From Amoebidium appalachense (lineage: Eukaryota > Protista > Ichthyosporea), in NCBI GenBank assembly GCA_963693365.1, contig CAVNZM010000001.1, forward strand, positions 7,022,907 through 7,086,906: a stretch of DNA of 64,000 bases, given 5' to 3'. Below the pieces are notes generated by a model that worked only from the letters and a program-made list of their open reading frames with translations, searched no databases and was not told the DNA's origin. Positions 31,313 through 45,332 of this stretch are shown here, one piece after another. Position 1 is the first letter of the stretch. The number at the start of each line of letters is the position of its first letter. The translations under genes were made by a program, and so were the position numbers.

Positions 31313-34300
31313 TCTTTATAATTCTGTGGCAAGGCCACAAAAACTAATATAAGTTCTAACAGGGGATTGCTTGATGTCAACTTATCTATGAACTCTGTAC
31401 TTTTTTTTGTATGTGAAAAGGGTACAATTGAATAGTGTATGATAACATTAACCGTGTATCAAACAACTCGTGTTCCGAAGAGAGGTATTGTTATGGGTCT
31501 CGAGTTAAATGAAGAGCAATGAGAGACTACAAAACTGGAGACAGGTATACGTGTAGGCCTAGGGGGATGTAAGAGCAAACATGAATCAATTGGTTTCTAG
31601 GAGTTGCACTCCGCGCACCATGCACATAACTCGCGGGAAACTTTGAATCGCGGTGAAAAAAGGATTTGAGTGATGTCACACTAAGTAGGTGGGCAGGAAA
31701 ACAAATAGCCTGAAGAAATAAAAACTATTACGGTGGTCACGCGGCTACCTACAATACCCGTAATTCTCAGTCCTGTGCTTCTGTCCTACTGTACATGCTG
31801 ATAAAAGTGTGTGTTCAAGTCTATACACTAATTCGGATTTCCTATGTAAAATTTCTTATGTTTTGCTTCGCTCCAAAAAATGCGATGACGTAATGAAGGG
31901 CTGGGAGAAGGGCTACTCATATACCAAATGACACTTAAGTGATCAAAGTTTAAAATATGAATAAAAAACAGGCTTCGGTCAACTAATTAATATTTCTATA
32001 CATAACACGACACACATTTATTGTATAAGCAACACGGGGTGGCCGCCGCTTATTTTATGGTGAAAACTAGAAAAAAACTATGATTTTGTCATAGACGATC
32101 GGCCAAGGCCCTGAAAGTCGGAGGCTTGGCCGGACGGATTTTGGCCGATTTTGACGATGAAGGAAGCGTCTGACATCCCCAACACTCTATGTCATATTAC
32201 GCGTTTTTTAATTTCCGACAACTTTTCATAATGAACCAAAGCCGGTTTTCTAAGTAAAAACGAGTGAAACATGCACCTCAGAGCCCTTATATTTGCGCCT
32301 CGGCCCCGATCGGGTGAGGGAAGCCCTTACTCTACCTGTAACCCTTATACTGTAGCCCTTTCGGAAAGTGAGGCCAATCAGACGATCCGAATCTTGCAGG
32401 CAAGCCATATAAGGTTACGCAGAAAAATTCCAACGGGAATTCCGAACTAGTGTATGCTTCCTGACGCACGCATACAACGTTAACATGCCAATGGGTTGCA
32501 GCATAGTGCGCTAGTCCAAAACGTATACCATTTCAGCTGTTTTGGAGTAGTTCGACTCACCAGAGTGTACATTTATGACCTCATTAATCCGCTCTCAGGC
32601 CGGACGTTAGGACCGTGAGATACCGGTCACGCGTGCATGCTGTTGTGATTCGAAACCCCCTATACCCCCAATCGGGCTGCATCATCCGATCGGCCATGCA
32701 CCCAATGTAAAACAGGGAAACCTTTTTTCCACGCCGAAGTTGAAGCTTTCATTGTTAAAACTGATCTCTTTTTTTTGGACTAGAATGCTTTATTAATAAA
32801 CAACCTTTCTATAAAATAATCAGATATACGCACGTACATGTGGGCGGCGGTGCGCCTGCCAAGGGCCTGGCCTGGCCTGGCCGTGTGAACGATTACAATA
32901 TAGTCCAAAATTTTCAATGCAAAATGAATTGACAATAAATATGGTGATCACATGATCTTGCAGGCAGGCTCGCTCGAGCGCTAGGAAGTCCACCTTCACA
33001 GAACAGTAGATATTTTTTCCCTAGCATAATAATAAACTTTAGTATACAGTGCAAACTAACAAGCCAACAGATAGCCTGTGATCAACTGAAACGAATCAGA
33101 TATCTGCAGCATATAAAAAATATCGAAATGTTTTGGTTGGCCATTGAGAGTCTTGGATGAGCACAAAGGGGGACTCAGGAATGCGGCCTGCCTGCCCCCG
33201 CGGTCAACATGATTGGATCATCGGAACGCTTCACGGTACACACTTTTTATAACGCTTCAGTTACTAGCCTAGCCTGCTCGGTCGAACCGCCGAACCAATC
33301 GGGATCGCCTAATTTCAGGAATGGAATGTGACGTCAGACTTTCGATCTATGCGCCGATTGGATTCCTATAACTTTAAACAATCCAGGCGTCTTTTTTAAA
33401 CGAATGCAAAAGAGCAAGGAAGCTTGATGATTGGTTTTACGCCAATGTGTAGATCTAGCTCAATATTTGTCAAATTGGACAACTGTGATTGGTTGAAAAG
33501 CTAATGATTGAGCCAATCATTACGCTGCTACTAACTCCGATTGCATCTCCTCTGAGCTGAAACTTGTGACGGCGGAATGTGTGGTATTTGACTTTCCTAG
33601 TACCGAGACACTTTGCGATGATTGTTTTACAGTAGCCCAGACTAAAAGCGTATTATACCAATAAAATATAAAAATAAATTAAGTTTTTGTGAATTTAAAA
33701 TTCTAGTTCTCACATATACAGTGATACAGAGTGCCTGTAAAGCGTTACAACACGCATACCTCAGGGCTCTAAAAATTCTCAGTTGTGGGTACTGAGCCAA
33801 TCAAAACGTATGTTTAAGCGTAGATATCATTGATTGGCCTACCTATTCAACCGCTGATCGGACTCACCTGAGATATGTAAAGACAAAATAGCCCCCAAAG
33901 TCTGAAGAAAGGCCACCAATCTTCGCATGACAGATTGGTTCATTATATTTCTAGTATTTTTGCAAAACTAATCTTTCCTTGGTCAATAAACAAGCTAATG
34001 TTACGTGCGCATTGACCGAAAAAGCAATGACGTAGCCACATAGATGACCAATCCGGATGATCCCCGCGGCCGGCCCCCCGGGCCTAGGGGTTGAATTACG
34101 ACCCAAAATCGTCATACAGTATTTATGATTAAGCCCAGGGGGCCAATACGAGTACGCTGTGAGGTGCTGTATTGGTTTTTCGTAGCAGTGACATAGGCCA
34201 AAATAATGTATTTTGGTGTGTTTTGATACAAAACTGGGTGTTTTCCCAGGTTAAAGGTGGTCAAGTGGTTATTTTGGCACTCCCGAGCGGAATGTGAAGC

Positions 34301-35469
34301 CCTGTTTTGCCTATCGGGGTGTGTAATCGCTTAGGGAGTGTAAAAACTAACTGAAATGGGTTGTCAAATGTAATAATATAGGGGGTCTATGCGAGTCGTA
34401 AATAAGACGAACCCCGCCGATCGGTTTAGAAATTCCGACAATACGATTGCGTTTAGGGCAAAACTGTAGCGCAGCCAAAACCCCACAACCACTGCTGGGC
34501 CAGGCCCCGGCGATGGCCAATTCGGATTCGCCGAGGCATGCGGTGGCAGATGTATATATATACTTCCTGGTAAACGTCAGCTGAGATTGGTAAGAAAGGC
34601 AAGTAGAAAATAAATGCGCAAAGGTTTATAACTTAGGCGATTTAGATGTGTTCAGTGTATATTTACCTCTGCGCAGTACAATGCTACTGTAGGGGTCCCC
34701 CCGAATGAGCGCCACCACAATGGTTTTTATCCCCTTTTATCGGTATATCGCATGGAATTTCCCCACTGATCCGTTCAGTGTACGTGACTGAGGCTACATA
34801 CTACGCAGATGGCAACGATGCGACTTGATTGATTCAATCTTGAAAACAAATTGCGGTGATTAATAGCTGTCAGAAAATATTTTTCAATACTCTTCTCGTG
34901 TAGAATTTGGTTTTTCAAGACACTAGAAAGAACTCAGCTCTGCACAGACCCACCACTCAGTTGCGACCGGCATATCTAACGGGAGGAGGTGTAGGGGGAT
35001 TAGCTTTGCGGTTTGGGCGTGCCGCGTGAGATGCAATCAAAAGGCGACGCATTTGGGCTGTGCACCAAATTTGGGGATGCACAGATCACAGATGTTCATC
35101 TTTTCAGCTGCAGAGGGCCGTGACAATGCCCCCTCTTTCTTATAATATATTTTACAAAACGTTGGGCCAATGAGGCGTGTGTCTTTTTTTTTTTTTTAAC
35201 TCAGATCGCCTAAAAAACTTTGTCCCAGATCGCCGGATCTGGTGATGTCATCCCAGCTCGGCCGCCGCCCGGCCGCCGCGCCTCCGCGACCGTACATGTA
35301 CACTACTGCTCATGTCAACCACGTGATGGCACAAGTAAGGGTATCTGATGTAAGACTATCAGTACACTCTATATTGTCTTAACCACGTGTACATGTGGCA
35401 CATTAACAGCACAAACATATCCTTAGAAAGCATTGTGCTGTCGGATGCATGTCGGCTTGAACATTAGAT

Positions 35470-36500
35470 TCTGCATACTCTTTTCTTCCTCTCTTCCTCA
35501 ATATATCCGTTTTAAGATGACTATCCTTAGATCACCTTATTAATGCTGCACATGTGATATTTGTGATCCGGTGCCTTAACTTTCTTTCGGAGCTACCGAT
35601 GCTAGCATCTGCTTACCCATAATATGTAATAGGGGTGTCAGATACTACGATGGCGCTCATTGTTGCCTAGCATGTACATATGTCACTGGCTGCATTTGAT
35701 TGGCTGCGCTGGAAAACGCAGTAGGCCATCGAATGTGGCTGGGCCTCCGGCAGTGTCCACGCAATAAAAAGTGTGTAAACCCCCTGCATACATCAAATGA
35801 CTGTCCACAGCATATGTTACACACACGCGCCCGCACACACACAAACACACTTATTTGTACATATACACATGTCCGCATGTGCCCCAGACCACCCACTCTT
35901 CCTGCTGCACGCATCCCCGCCAGACTCGCCCCTCTACCTCTTTCCGTCCACCTCGTCTCTGCCCATTGTCGAGCGATATGCGGAATGGCTGGCAACCCCA
36001 CCGGAGGTACGGCTAGATCATAGTGTGAATATGAATAGTTTTAAGTCTATGGCTGATAAATATCTTTTTACTCTACGAGTTGAGTCCCTTCCTGTGTTAG
36101 GACCGCAAAAACACCAACTGCTAGTAGCATATATGGCGGATACGGTTAGGGAGTCTCGTTCCTACATAGATTCGTTTATTCGTAATGTGGTATGCCATGT
36201 AAAAACGCAAAGATGATCATGTCTTGGCGGTGTAATCGGTTTCTGGTGTCTCCTGCTCGTATGTGTAATATGTGTGGGGTGCGCGGTTTACTCGCGGATG
36301 CATATCTATCAATAAGTGTGACCTGTTAGCTAACGTATTAGAACCGGAGGTTATGGGCGGTTTTATTCTCTTTGACGCCTCCCTTCCGCAATATATTCGT
36401 TTTAAAATGACTATTATAGATTACCTTATTATTAATGCTGCACAGTATGATATTGTGATACGGTGTCTTAACTTTAGGAGAGAGGAAATAGATAGATAGG
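35470..36500 (+). pseudogene. Possible degenerate 3' end of a non-LTR retrotransposon with an internal imperfect direct repeat
   Basis: 35480-35582 resembles 36370-36475. KYLFTLRVESLPV followed by a disrupted Cys/His cluster (..VCH..DDHV..C) resembles LINE ORF2 C-termini; frames are broken. Confidence 0.35.
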
Positions 36501-37249
36501 GTCACCACAGTGTAATTGGGGGAGACCTGAGACTGAGTAACCTGCACGTTCTTCTTATTCTGCTTAGGGGTACAGGCAGAGCCAAGTGGAGCGGATTCGG
36601 GTCAATTCAGTGTGTGAGGTGAAACGGGGAAAGAAAAAAAAAATGCAATGAGAAGTTCTCAGCTTTCAGTTATCTTCTGCTTGAAGCAGAGTCTGACTCT
36701 GAGTCACTAGATTTGGCAGAACGCAAAACTTTATTCAACGCCGACGTGCGCAAGTATTATTCAGAATCTTCATTGATTTTATTATAGACTGCTGAAGAAT
36801 CTTCAGAATTTTTTTTTTTGACGATGATTCGAACTTCAAGTTGACTGATATCATGAAATGCAGACCACGCCACGCATGACTCAGTGATGGTGCCATGAAG
36901 GCCGAGGGTCAAGGCTTTAAATTCCGGGCCCAGATGTGAAGGTTGTCCCGGGGGTGGAGGGTCACGTGGTGGTGGTGGTGGTGGAGGGGGGGGGGGGGGG
37001 GGGGGGGGGACTTCTGAGTAGAAAATATTTAAAGTCCGAAGCTAAGGCTTCATGTTGATGCCCTCCCCCCCTCCCCCCCCCCCCCCCCCCCCCCCCGCGG
37101 CCATATGCCCCTCCCCCCTCCCCCCTCCCCCCCCCCCCCCCCCCACCATCACCACCACCAAAAAAAAAAAAAAAAAAACATTGTGTGTGTGGCAGCCTAC
37201 GTATGTGTGCGCGTCGTCGTGACGGCGCGCGGGGCACGTGTGTACACGT

Positions 37250-37413
<164 letters not shown>

Positions 37414-38141
37414 AGCAAGTGGCCACACCCGGTTGTTGTGTCTGTGTTAACGTTTTTGGCCCGGCTTGCCGCATGAATCATTATGAATTTTCTTGCTGCC
37501 TCCCGGTCCGAGGAGCACTATGCCCGGCCAGGCCAGGGACTCGGCCGCCTTGAACTGAAATAATCACGCACACAAGAGCCTTGCTTGCTCGATTAAAGCT
37601 TGCCTATAACAGCGGCATAGCATGGTACAGAGATGCTACTCGAAGGCTTCGGTGGCCTCAGTATTTCGGTGAAAACTTCAGCCTGGCTAATTTTTTTATT
37701 TTATAATCATCGTCGAATACAAGAGTATGATTATCATCGGATTATTAACTTAATCGGGAATGTTTCAACATGCACTATACCACGTGTAACCCTGGTAGAC
37801 ATTGTATCTAATGATGCGAATTTCATGGAGCTGTAATTTAGTCTGCATCATTATTTGTCCAAAGTCTAATGGGAAAAGGCTTTACTTGAAGAGAAGGAGT
37901 TCGATTATGTAAAGAGTGTTTGGCGAAGTAGGATTTTTTTGTCGTGGTGGCCCACCGTGGTGTTGGTGGTGGTGGTGGTGGTGGTGGTGGTGGTGGTGGT
38001 GGTGGTGGTGGGGGGGGGGGGGGGGGGGGATTGGAAGAGGACGGGGACCTTCTGAATTATGTAGCAGTGTGTAGGCCCTGCGGAGAAGTAGGATATTTTA
38101 TATTTTTGGGGGGGGGGGCAGAGGAGGGAGGGAGGGGGAGG

Positions 38142-38183
<42 letters not shown>

Positions 38184-38490
38184 CTCAGGAGGAGGTAGCA
38201 GGTTCAAGGGGATGCAGAAGGAAGAAGGTTGAGCTTGAAGGTTTTTATAGGACGACTATGTACCAGAGTACCTCATAGCCAGGCTGGGAGGAAGGCTCTG
38301 CAACTCTGACAGGTGCTATGGGTTTGTGGTTTTTGGGTGGTCTTAGCGGGGCAATGGGACCCAACTCTCTGGGGCTCTGGGGGACCAGGCCGTGGCCTTT
38401 GCTTTGTTGCGTTCGTGTGTGCAGGCAGTGCGTTGGACGTAGCCCAGGGGGTCGGTTAGGGTACCCACGGATGGTCAGGGCGGGGGGAGA

Positions 38491-38526
<36 letters not shown>

Positions 38527-39207
38527 GGGAGGGAGTTAGGGGGTGGGGGGGGGGGGGAAGGCTTTGGTTGGGGGGGAGGGAGGGGGGGGGGGGGGAGAGA
38601 CGGAGGGGGAGGGGGGGCAGACGGGGAATGGTTTTAGCGGGGGAGAGCAAGGCAAGGGGGGAAATGGGGGTGAGGGTGGAGGTGGGGGATGGGGGGGAGA
38701 GGGGGCAGTATGACATTGCATGCGGCATATATGCCAAGTCAGTTTTCTTTCAGAAAAATGCAGTCAATATTATATTTTGTCAACATCCTATCATGTAGTG
38801 ATCGGTCCAGCCGCCCACTCAAATAAAAAACTTTTGTTCACTGTTGTAAAAGAACTTTTGACTATGAACTAACTACGACAACTTATAAATAGCCCACGGA
38901 TTCAATTCAAAGCCATACCGTTTAAATTATAATAAAAAAAGTTAAGCACTTAACTGAATTTTATCAAAAAAAAAAAAACTTGCGACAGTTATGGGACGTT
39001 CGCTGGACGAGATTTAGCACCATACTCCTAAGTTACATATTAGGGGGGGGGGGGGGGGGGGAGGGGAGGGGGGAGGGGAGGGGGGGGGGGGGGAGGGGGG
39101 AAGGAGGAAGGGTCACGATTGAAGCAAACAAATCTAACTGGGCAAAAATTATATTGCTTATATGTGTTGCCTATTCCGTCTTAAAAAAAATTCCTCTGAC
39201 CGACATT

Positions 39208-40470
39208 CTAGGCCTGAGACACAGCAGTCATAGAGATTGCAGATGCGGCGTCCTGTGCACTGGCCAAAACCCTCCTTTTGTGTTCCGCCAAAATCATGGC
39301 TGTTCCTGCAATCGCGGCAATGCCAACCACACCTGCGACGGCTGCGTAACCAATCACATTGCTTGGTTTGTTTCCATCTTTTGTAATGTCGGCGCCATTC
39401 ATTGCTTCTTCAGCGGCAGATGCGGTGGTGGATGAAGGCTTAGCGTAAGAGGTGGTGGTTGTGGGGATGGGAATTTCGGTAATGATATCAGTGAAGGTGG
39501 CCGTAATTTCGGGCGCAAAGGTGGTGGTTTGGGCGGGAGATTCTGAGGCGGTGGTGGTGGTGGTAGGTGGGGTGGTGGGGGTGGTGGTGGTGGATGGAAT
39601 GGTGGTTGTAGTGGTGGTAGGGGGAATAGTGGTGGTGATAGGGGGTGCAGTGGTGGTGGTGGTGGTGGTGGTGGTGGTGGTGGTGGTGGTGGTGGTGGTG
39701 GTGGTGGCAGGCGGTGTAGTGGTGGTGGTGGTGGTAGGGGGGATAGTGGTGGTGGTGGTGGTGGTAGGAGGGACGGTGGTGGTGGTGGTGGTGGTGGTGG
39801 TGGTGGTGGTGGTGGTGGTGGTGGGAGGGGTTGTGGTGGTGGTGGTAGGTGCAATAGTGGTGGTGGTGGTTACAGGCTTCACAATCTCCCCCTTTGCAAT
39901 CTTAACCGACATCACCTTGTCATCAAAAGGTGTTCCTCTAAGTTCAAACCCTCCAGAAATCACCATCGGCTCTCCCGCATAGTTCTTGCCCATATATAGG
40001 CGTGCATGGCAGCCCGCAGACACGTGACCGGATGACGTCATTTTGGAAAACGCTGGAAGGTCCGGGTAATCCTTGTCCACCGCAAAATACTTCCCATCCT
40101 GGTTTGAATCTTCGTACAAAATCACACGGCACAGGTCGTCATAAGTCTCAGTAACTGAGCGAGGGTCGGTGGCGTTTTTGGGCTCAGGAACGAAGCCGTT
40201 GTAGGTGGTGCCGACAGGGTTGAAAACCGGCCACTTGCTAGAAAATTCGTTCAAATTTACGTATTTGTCCGATTTTCCGTAGCTGATACCCCAACCCTTT
40301 CGGCCGTCATACACGTCCACGTTTTTCCCAGGAATCAGCTTCTGATTGGCTGAGCAGTCAAGGCCCTCGCTCAGTGGGTCGTCGGCCATTGGGTCTGCGC
40401 TGCACACCAGAATCTGATTAATTGAGGGTTGTGCATGTCAGCATATGAATCATTGTTAAAGTTACGCTTA

Positions 40471-40501
<31 letters not shown>

Positions 40502-40979
40502 ACACACACACACACACACATACACACCACCCCACCACCACTACAAAAACCTCTGCAGACTTTTCCTGTTGCACACGTCGAGCGGTCTTAGCCGTAGCGC
40601 CCACATGCGCGGGCGCACAACACACACAGTGGGGCACACCCACAATTTAAGCCACGCACGCACACACGCACACACATGCACACACACACACAGATGCACG
40701 CACGCAGTCACGCACGCACACACGCACACACATGCACACACACACAGATGCACGCACACACACACACACACACACACAACGGACACAAACACATACACGG
40801 GGCACCCCATACAACACGCAGAATGTATACCTCATATCATAATGGAATGCAGGTGAGGAAAATGGGCAAGATGGGGAGCGAGTTTTATTACTAAGCTAAA
40901 GCCAATCGATTAAATTATGGGGGAGAGGTGGGGAGGGAGGGATAAAAGCATGAAAGAAACAATCATTTTTTATTATTTT

Positions 40980-41010
<31 letters not shown>

Positions 41011-41546
41011 GAGGGGGAGGGGAGGCAGGGGGCACGATAGAGAAGAACAAGGAACTTTTGAAAGCATACTTTGTGTGATTTGGGGGGAAGGGGGGAGAGG
41101 GAGGGGCGTACGGGTGGGAGAAGGGGGGAGGGAGGGTGAGTGGTGGTGGTGGTGGTGGTGCACATGGTGGTGGTGGTGCACATGGTGGTGGTGGTGGTGG
41201 TGGTGGTGGTGGTGGTGGTGGTGGGGGGGGGGGGGGGGGGGGGGGGAGGGGGGGGAGGAGGGCCGGGGGGAGAGGGGGGGGGGGGGGGGCGGCGGCTGGG
41301 GACTGGGGGAGGAGGGAGAAGGGTCGGGGGGAGTCGATAGAAAACAACCTGTGAAAAAAGCCAAGTGATGATTGGTGGTGTGGGGAAAGGGGGAGTCGGG
41401 AGGGAGAAGTCCTAGAGGGTGGAAGGGGGGGAAGGGGGGGGGAGAGAGGGGGGGGGGGGGGGGGTGTCTGGAGGGGGAGGGCAGGTCTGGAGGGGGGGGG
41501 GGGGGAGGGAGGGAAAAGGGGACAAGGGGGGGGGGGGGGGGGGGGA

Positions 41547-41583
<37 letters not shown>

Positions 41584-42737
41584 CCAGGAACACACAAGCA
41601 AGTAGCTTTCTTTCTTTCTTTCTTTCTTTTTACACGAAGTTCTTGGAGGAGGAAGGGGGGGGGGGGGGGGGGGAAGGGGGGGGGGGAAGAAGGAGGGCGG
41701 GGCGGGCCCCCGGGGTCCCCGGACAAGAAGGAGAAGGGAGGAAAGGAAAATAGGAAATTTGCAACTGGAGGGGGAGGAGAAGGGGGGGGGGGGGGTCGGG
41801 GAGGGGGAGAGGTGGCGAGGGGTGTGTGTGTGTGTGGGGCGGGGGGGTTTCTCAGCGGAGTGCCACAAAAAACTTGACGTTGCTAAAATGCTTTTGAAAG
41901 TCAGTTCAACGACACGGGACGCGTGTCTCATACCTCGTCGTTGCTGGCATAGTTGTAGCAGTCCAGATCCAGCGTGTTCCAGAACATGTCGATCATCTCC
42001 AGCGCCAGCCCCGAGTTTGCCTTCACGAGGCACCGGAAAAGCATGTGGTCGCACTCGCACCAACTCATTGTGGCCATGCCGGCATACGCGGACTGGCCCG
42101 TGTTCCTGCAGTGGTCGTGCCTAAAGCAACACTGATCCGTAGGGTTCAACACGGCGGGACAGGGAACATCATCGGTCTTGCGATGGCCTGCACCGCACCA
42201 GTTTGTGGATGGATGGAGGGCAGAACTGAATCCACCCATTGCAGTTACAAGTTTGGCAACACCTCCACTAACAAGACGACGGTCAACATGGTGCCCCCTG
42301 CTGGCATCATCCGACTTAGGAGAGAAACGGGTCGGGGTAGGTGGCATGTTAGAGGATTTCTCGACATCAGGAGAGATGCAGCGCGTGTACACGGCGGATG
42401 CAAACATTCCTTCCTCCGCGTTTACAACGGGAAGGCTGGTACCCTTAACGGCATTCTTGACGGCACTTGCACGGCCTGCGGGCTCAGAAAAACACTCAAT
42501 GTCCCCAGAAGAGGTAGTGAGGAAAAAGAAAACATCGTCCGTTTTTCCAGATGCGGAAGCAGGGTCGACAGGCTTGTAAATCCACCCACTTCCACCCCCA
42601 GCCATAATGTAGTAGAGCTGGGATTCAGGCTCATAGCTGACCACCGTTTTCAGAGTGTGCTTGGGCGTGTCATCAGCGGCAGCGGCAAGCTGAGAGCTTA
42701 CAGCTGCAAGCACAGCAAGGGTTGTTTTTTGCAACAT
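39208..42737 (-). CDS. Type I membrane protein: signal peptide, group III-type phospholipase A2, betagamma-crystallin-like domain, Thr-rich stalk, TM helix
   Basis: Exons 41934-42737 (donor GAG|GTATGA) and 39208-40413 (acceptor AATCAG|), both phase 0, giving ~669 aa. PLA2 motifs TNWCGAG, DQCCFRHDHC, WCECD..FRCL. Greek-key motifs VILYEDSNQDG..S and ARLYMGKNYAG..DDKVMSVKI. TM segment VIGYAAVAGVVGIAAIAGTAMIL. Confidence 0.85.
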
Positions 42738-42929
42738 TCTCAGAAAAAATAATAGGCAACTCGGTGATTTGGCCTGTCTGTGCACGCTTGTTTAATATAT
42801 GATGTGACGGCGAAAACCGTTCGGTTTGACAAACAAACAAACTCAAACGAAGTCGAACAAGCCCGAAAGAAGGACCTAGCGAGCGAGCATATATAGTTGC
42901 TTGGAATCTTGAATAGATTCATTCGCGTC

Positions 42930-43050
42930 GTGTGATTGGTGGACAATAGCTATTGGCTTATTCAGTATCAAGATTTTGAAGAAAGTGGAATGATTGGCTT
43001 TGTAAGAAATCTTTATGCGAATTCTGATTGGTGAATGCTTGTTATTGGTT
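42930..43050 (-). promoter_or_regulatory. Cluster of five CCAAT boxes upstream of the PLA2 gene
   Basis: ATTGG on + at ~42935, 42952, 42993, 43027, 43044, all co-oriented, 200-310 bp upstream of the ATG; a TATATA-like motif lies near 42890. Confidence 0.55.
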
Positions 43051-43468
43051 GATTACGCACTAACGGTTAACACTTTCTCATTATCGAGGATCTCCCCGTT
43101 CCGAGCTGTTGCATGATGTTGTGAACCCACTACAGTTCACAGCTGTCACACATAGGTATCAATATTAGAGGCGCGCATCTGAGAATGGGTGGAAAAAAGG
43201 AAAACGGACATATAAATTTCATGTCTGGTAAGTACGACTATGGCATGTACACGACCCAACCCTTTGAAGAAGCCCGCTTGCTGTTCTTGCAAAGCTCCTC
43301 GCGATCGTGAAGATCGCATTTATTCACACACTCGCGAGTGTGCGCCGATCATGCATTTTTTTTGCCCCTGGCCAATTATTTAGTTTCAGTTGTTTGTTTT
43401 TTTTTGCTGCCATAGGGCTGTCTCACGGGTGGTCATCGGCACTCATCGCGCCAGACTGTTTCTTTCTT

Positions 43469-43520
<52 letters not shown>

Positions 43521-43547
43521 TTGTTGTTGGGGGGGGCCGGCGGGGGG

Positions 43548-43585
<38 letters not shown>

Positions 43586-43684
43586 AGTTATCGCGATTCG
43601 GATCGAGGAGCCTCGGTGCTCGTGACCTACTACCAGGCCTGATCAGACAGAAATCGCGGTGGCCGAGGGTGGGTGGGAGGAAGG

Positions 43685-43727
<43 letters not shown>

Positions 43728-44463
43728 TGTACACTTTGCACACGTACTATGCGCACATCAACCTCTAACAATTGCATCCGAATGTGTACACTAGCAAATC
43801 GACATCTCTCCTGCAGCTAGACACAGCTTCAACGGTCCAGCGGAAAGGTATATCAGTAGTTTATTATCGATCCAGTGATACAGCCCAGATATGCAGGTCA
43901 CTTGGGGCACTGCTTGTTTAGCCATAGTAGCACGAGGAAAGTCTTAGAGTATACATATATTTGGAAGCCGGAGAGAGAGGTCAATGAATATACATGGGAG
44001 TGCTATTTAGGAGGCCATGATATACATACGGCCTAAATAGACGGGCATATATTTGCTTAGTTCCCCTCAGAAAACAAGTGCCAGTAACCCATGGGCAACC
44101 AGTCCCACGATTTTTAATTTCATTATTAGCCGCTGCAGAATGTATACCTCAAAAACCATTCAGCCACATCAAAGGGCACATGGTTGCCTATACAACGTGA
44201 CGAGTAACCGACTCCACGCGTGCTATTTAATAATACCCCTTGCAAACACAGCATATCTCCTGAGGCTTACCATACGTTTCATATGAGCCCCCAAATCGTC
44301 CACCCCGCAATAACTCCAGAATGTTTATTTGATACCCAGCTATACAAAAAATACACGGTCACTAGTCAACATTGTGCCCAGTAGAACTAAGCAGATCATA
44401 GACATACAACAGCCACAACGAAGGGTCCATAACTCAATCACTTGATTTCAAAAAGATGATGTT

Positions 44464-44568
44464 TCACTCCACAGCACTGCAAGATGGAAGGTATCGTGAG
44501 CTCAGCGCTATGTTTGCGAGGAGAAGAAGGGGGGGGGGGGAGGGTAAGGAGAGAAAGGAAAGAGGCGG

Positions 44569-44625
<57 letters not shown>

Positions 44626-44688
44626 GGGGGGCTATGAGGATCAGCGGAGAACATAGGGTCAACGGTGGTGATGGGGTTGAAACTTGCA

Positions 44689-44751
<63 letters not shown>

Positions 44752-45289
44752 TGAGGGAGAGGGGAGGGGGGGGGGGGGGGGGGGAGGGGGGGAGGGAGGG
44801 AAGGAGGGAGGGAGGGAGAGGGAGAAGGAAAGAGAGGGGGGGGAAGGGGAGAGTGACAGAGACGAAGAGAAAGAGAGGGCAGGGGGGCGGGGAAGACCAT
44901 GCAGGGGGAGGCCGAGAGGCAGGGAGGGAGGGAGGGAGGGAGGGAGGGAGGGAAGCAGGGAGGGAGGAAGGGAGGGGGGAAGGAAGGGAGGGATAGAGGG
45001 AGGGACGGGAGGGGAGGGAGGGAGGGAGAGGGGAGGGAAAGGAATAATAATGGCGGGGAGGGAGGGGCCAACGTGTATACAGGAGGCACAAGCCCGGTGA
45101 AGAACCATCGGCAAGGGACTGATGGGAAAGTAGACACATCCAAAACAAGAGGCAGTCAACAAAGCCGACCACCAGAAAGAGCAGCAAATCTGAAAAGGGG
45201 GTGGTGGTGGTGGTGGTGGTGGTGGTGGTGGTGGTGGTGGTGGGGGGGGGGGGGGGGGGGGGGGGGGGAGGGAGGCGGGGGGTTGCATC

Positions 45290-45332
<43 letters not shown>

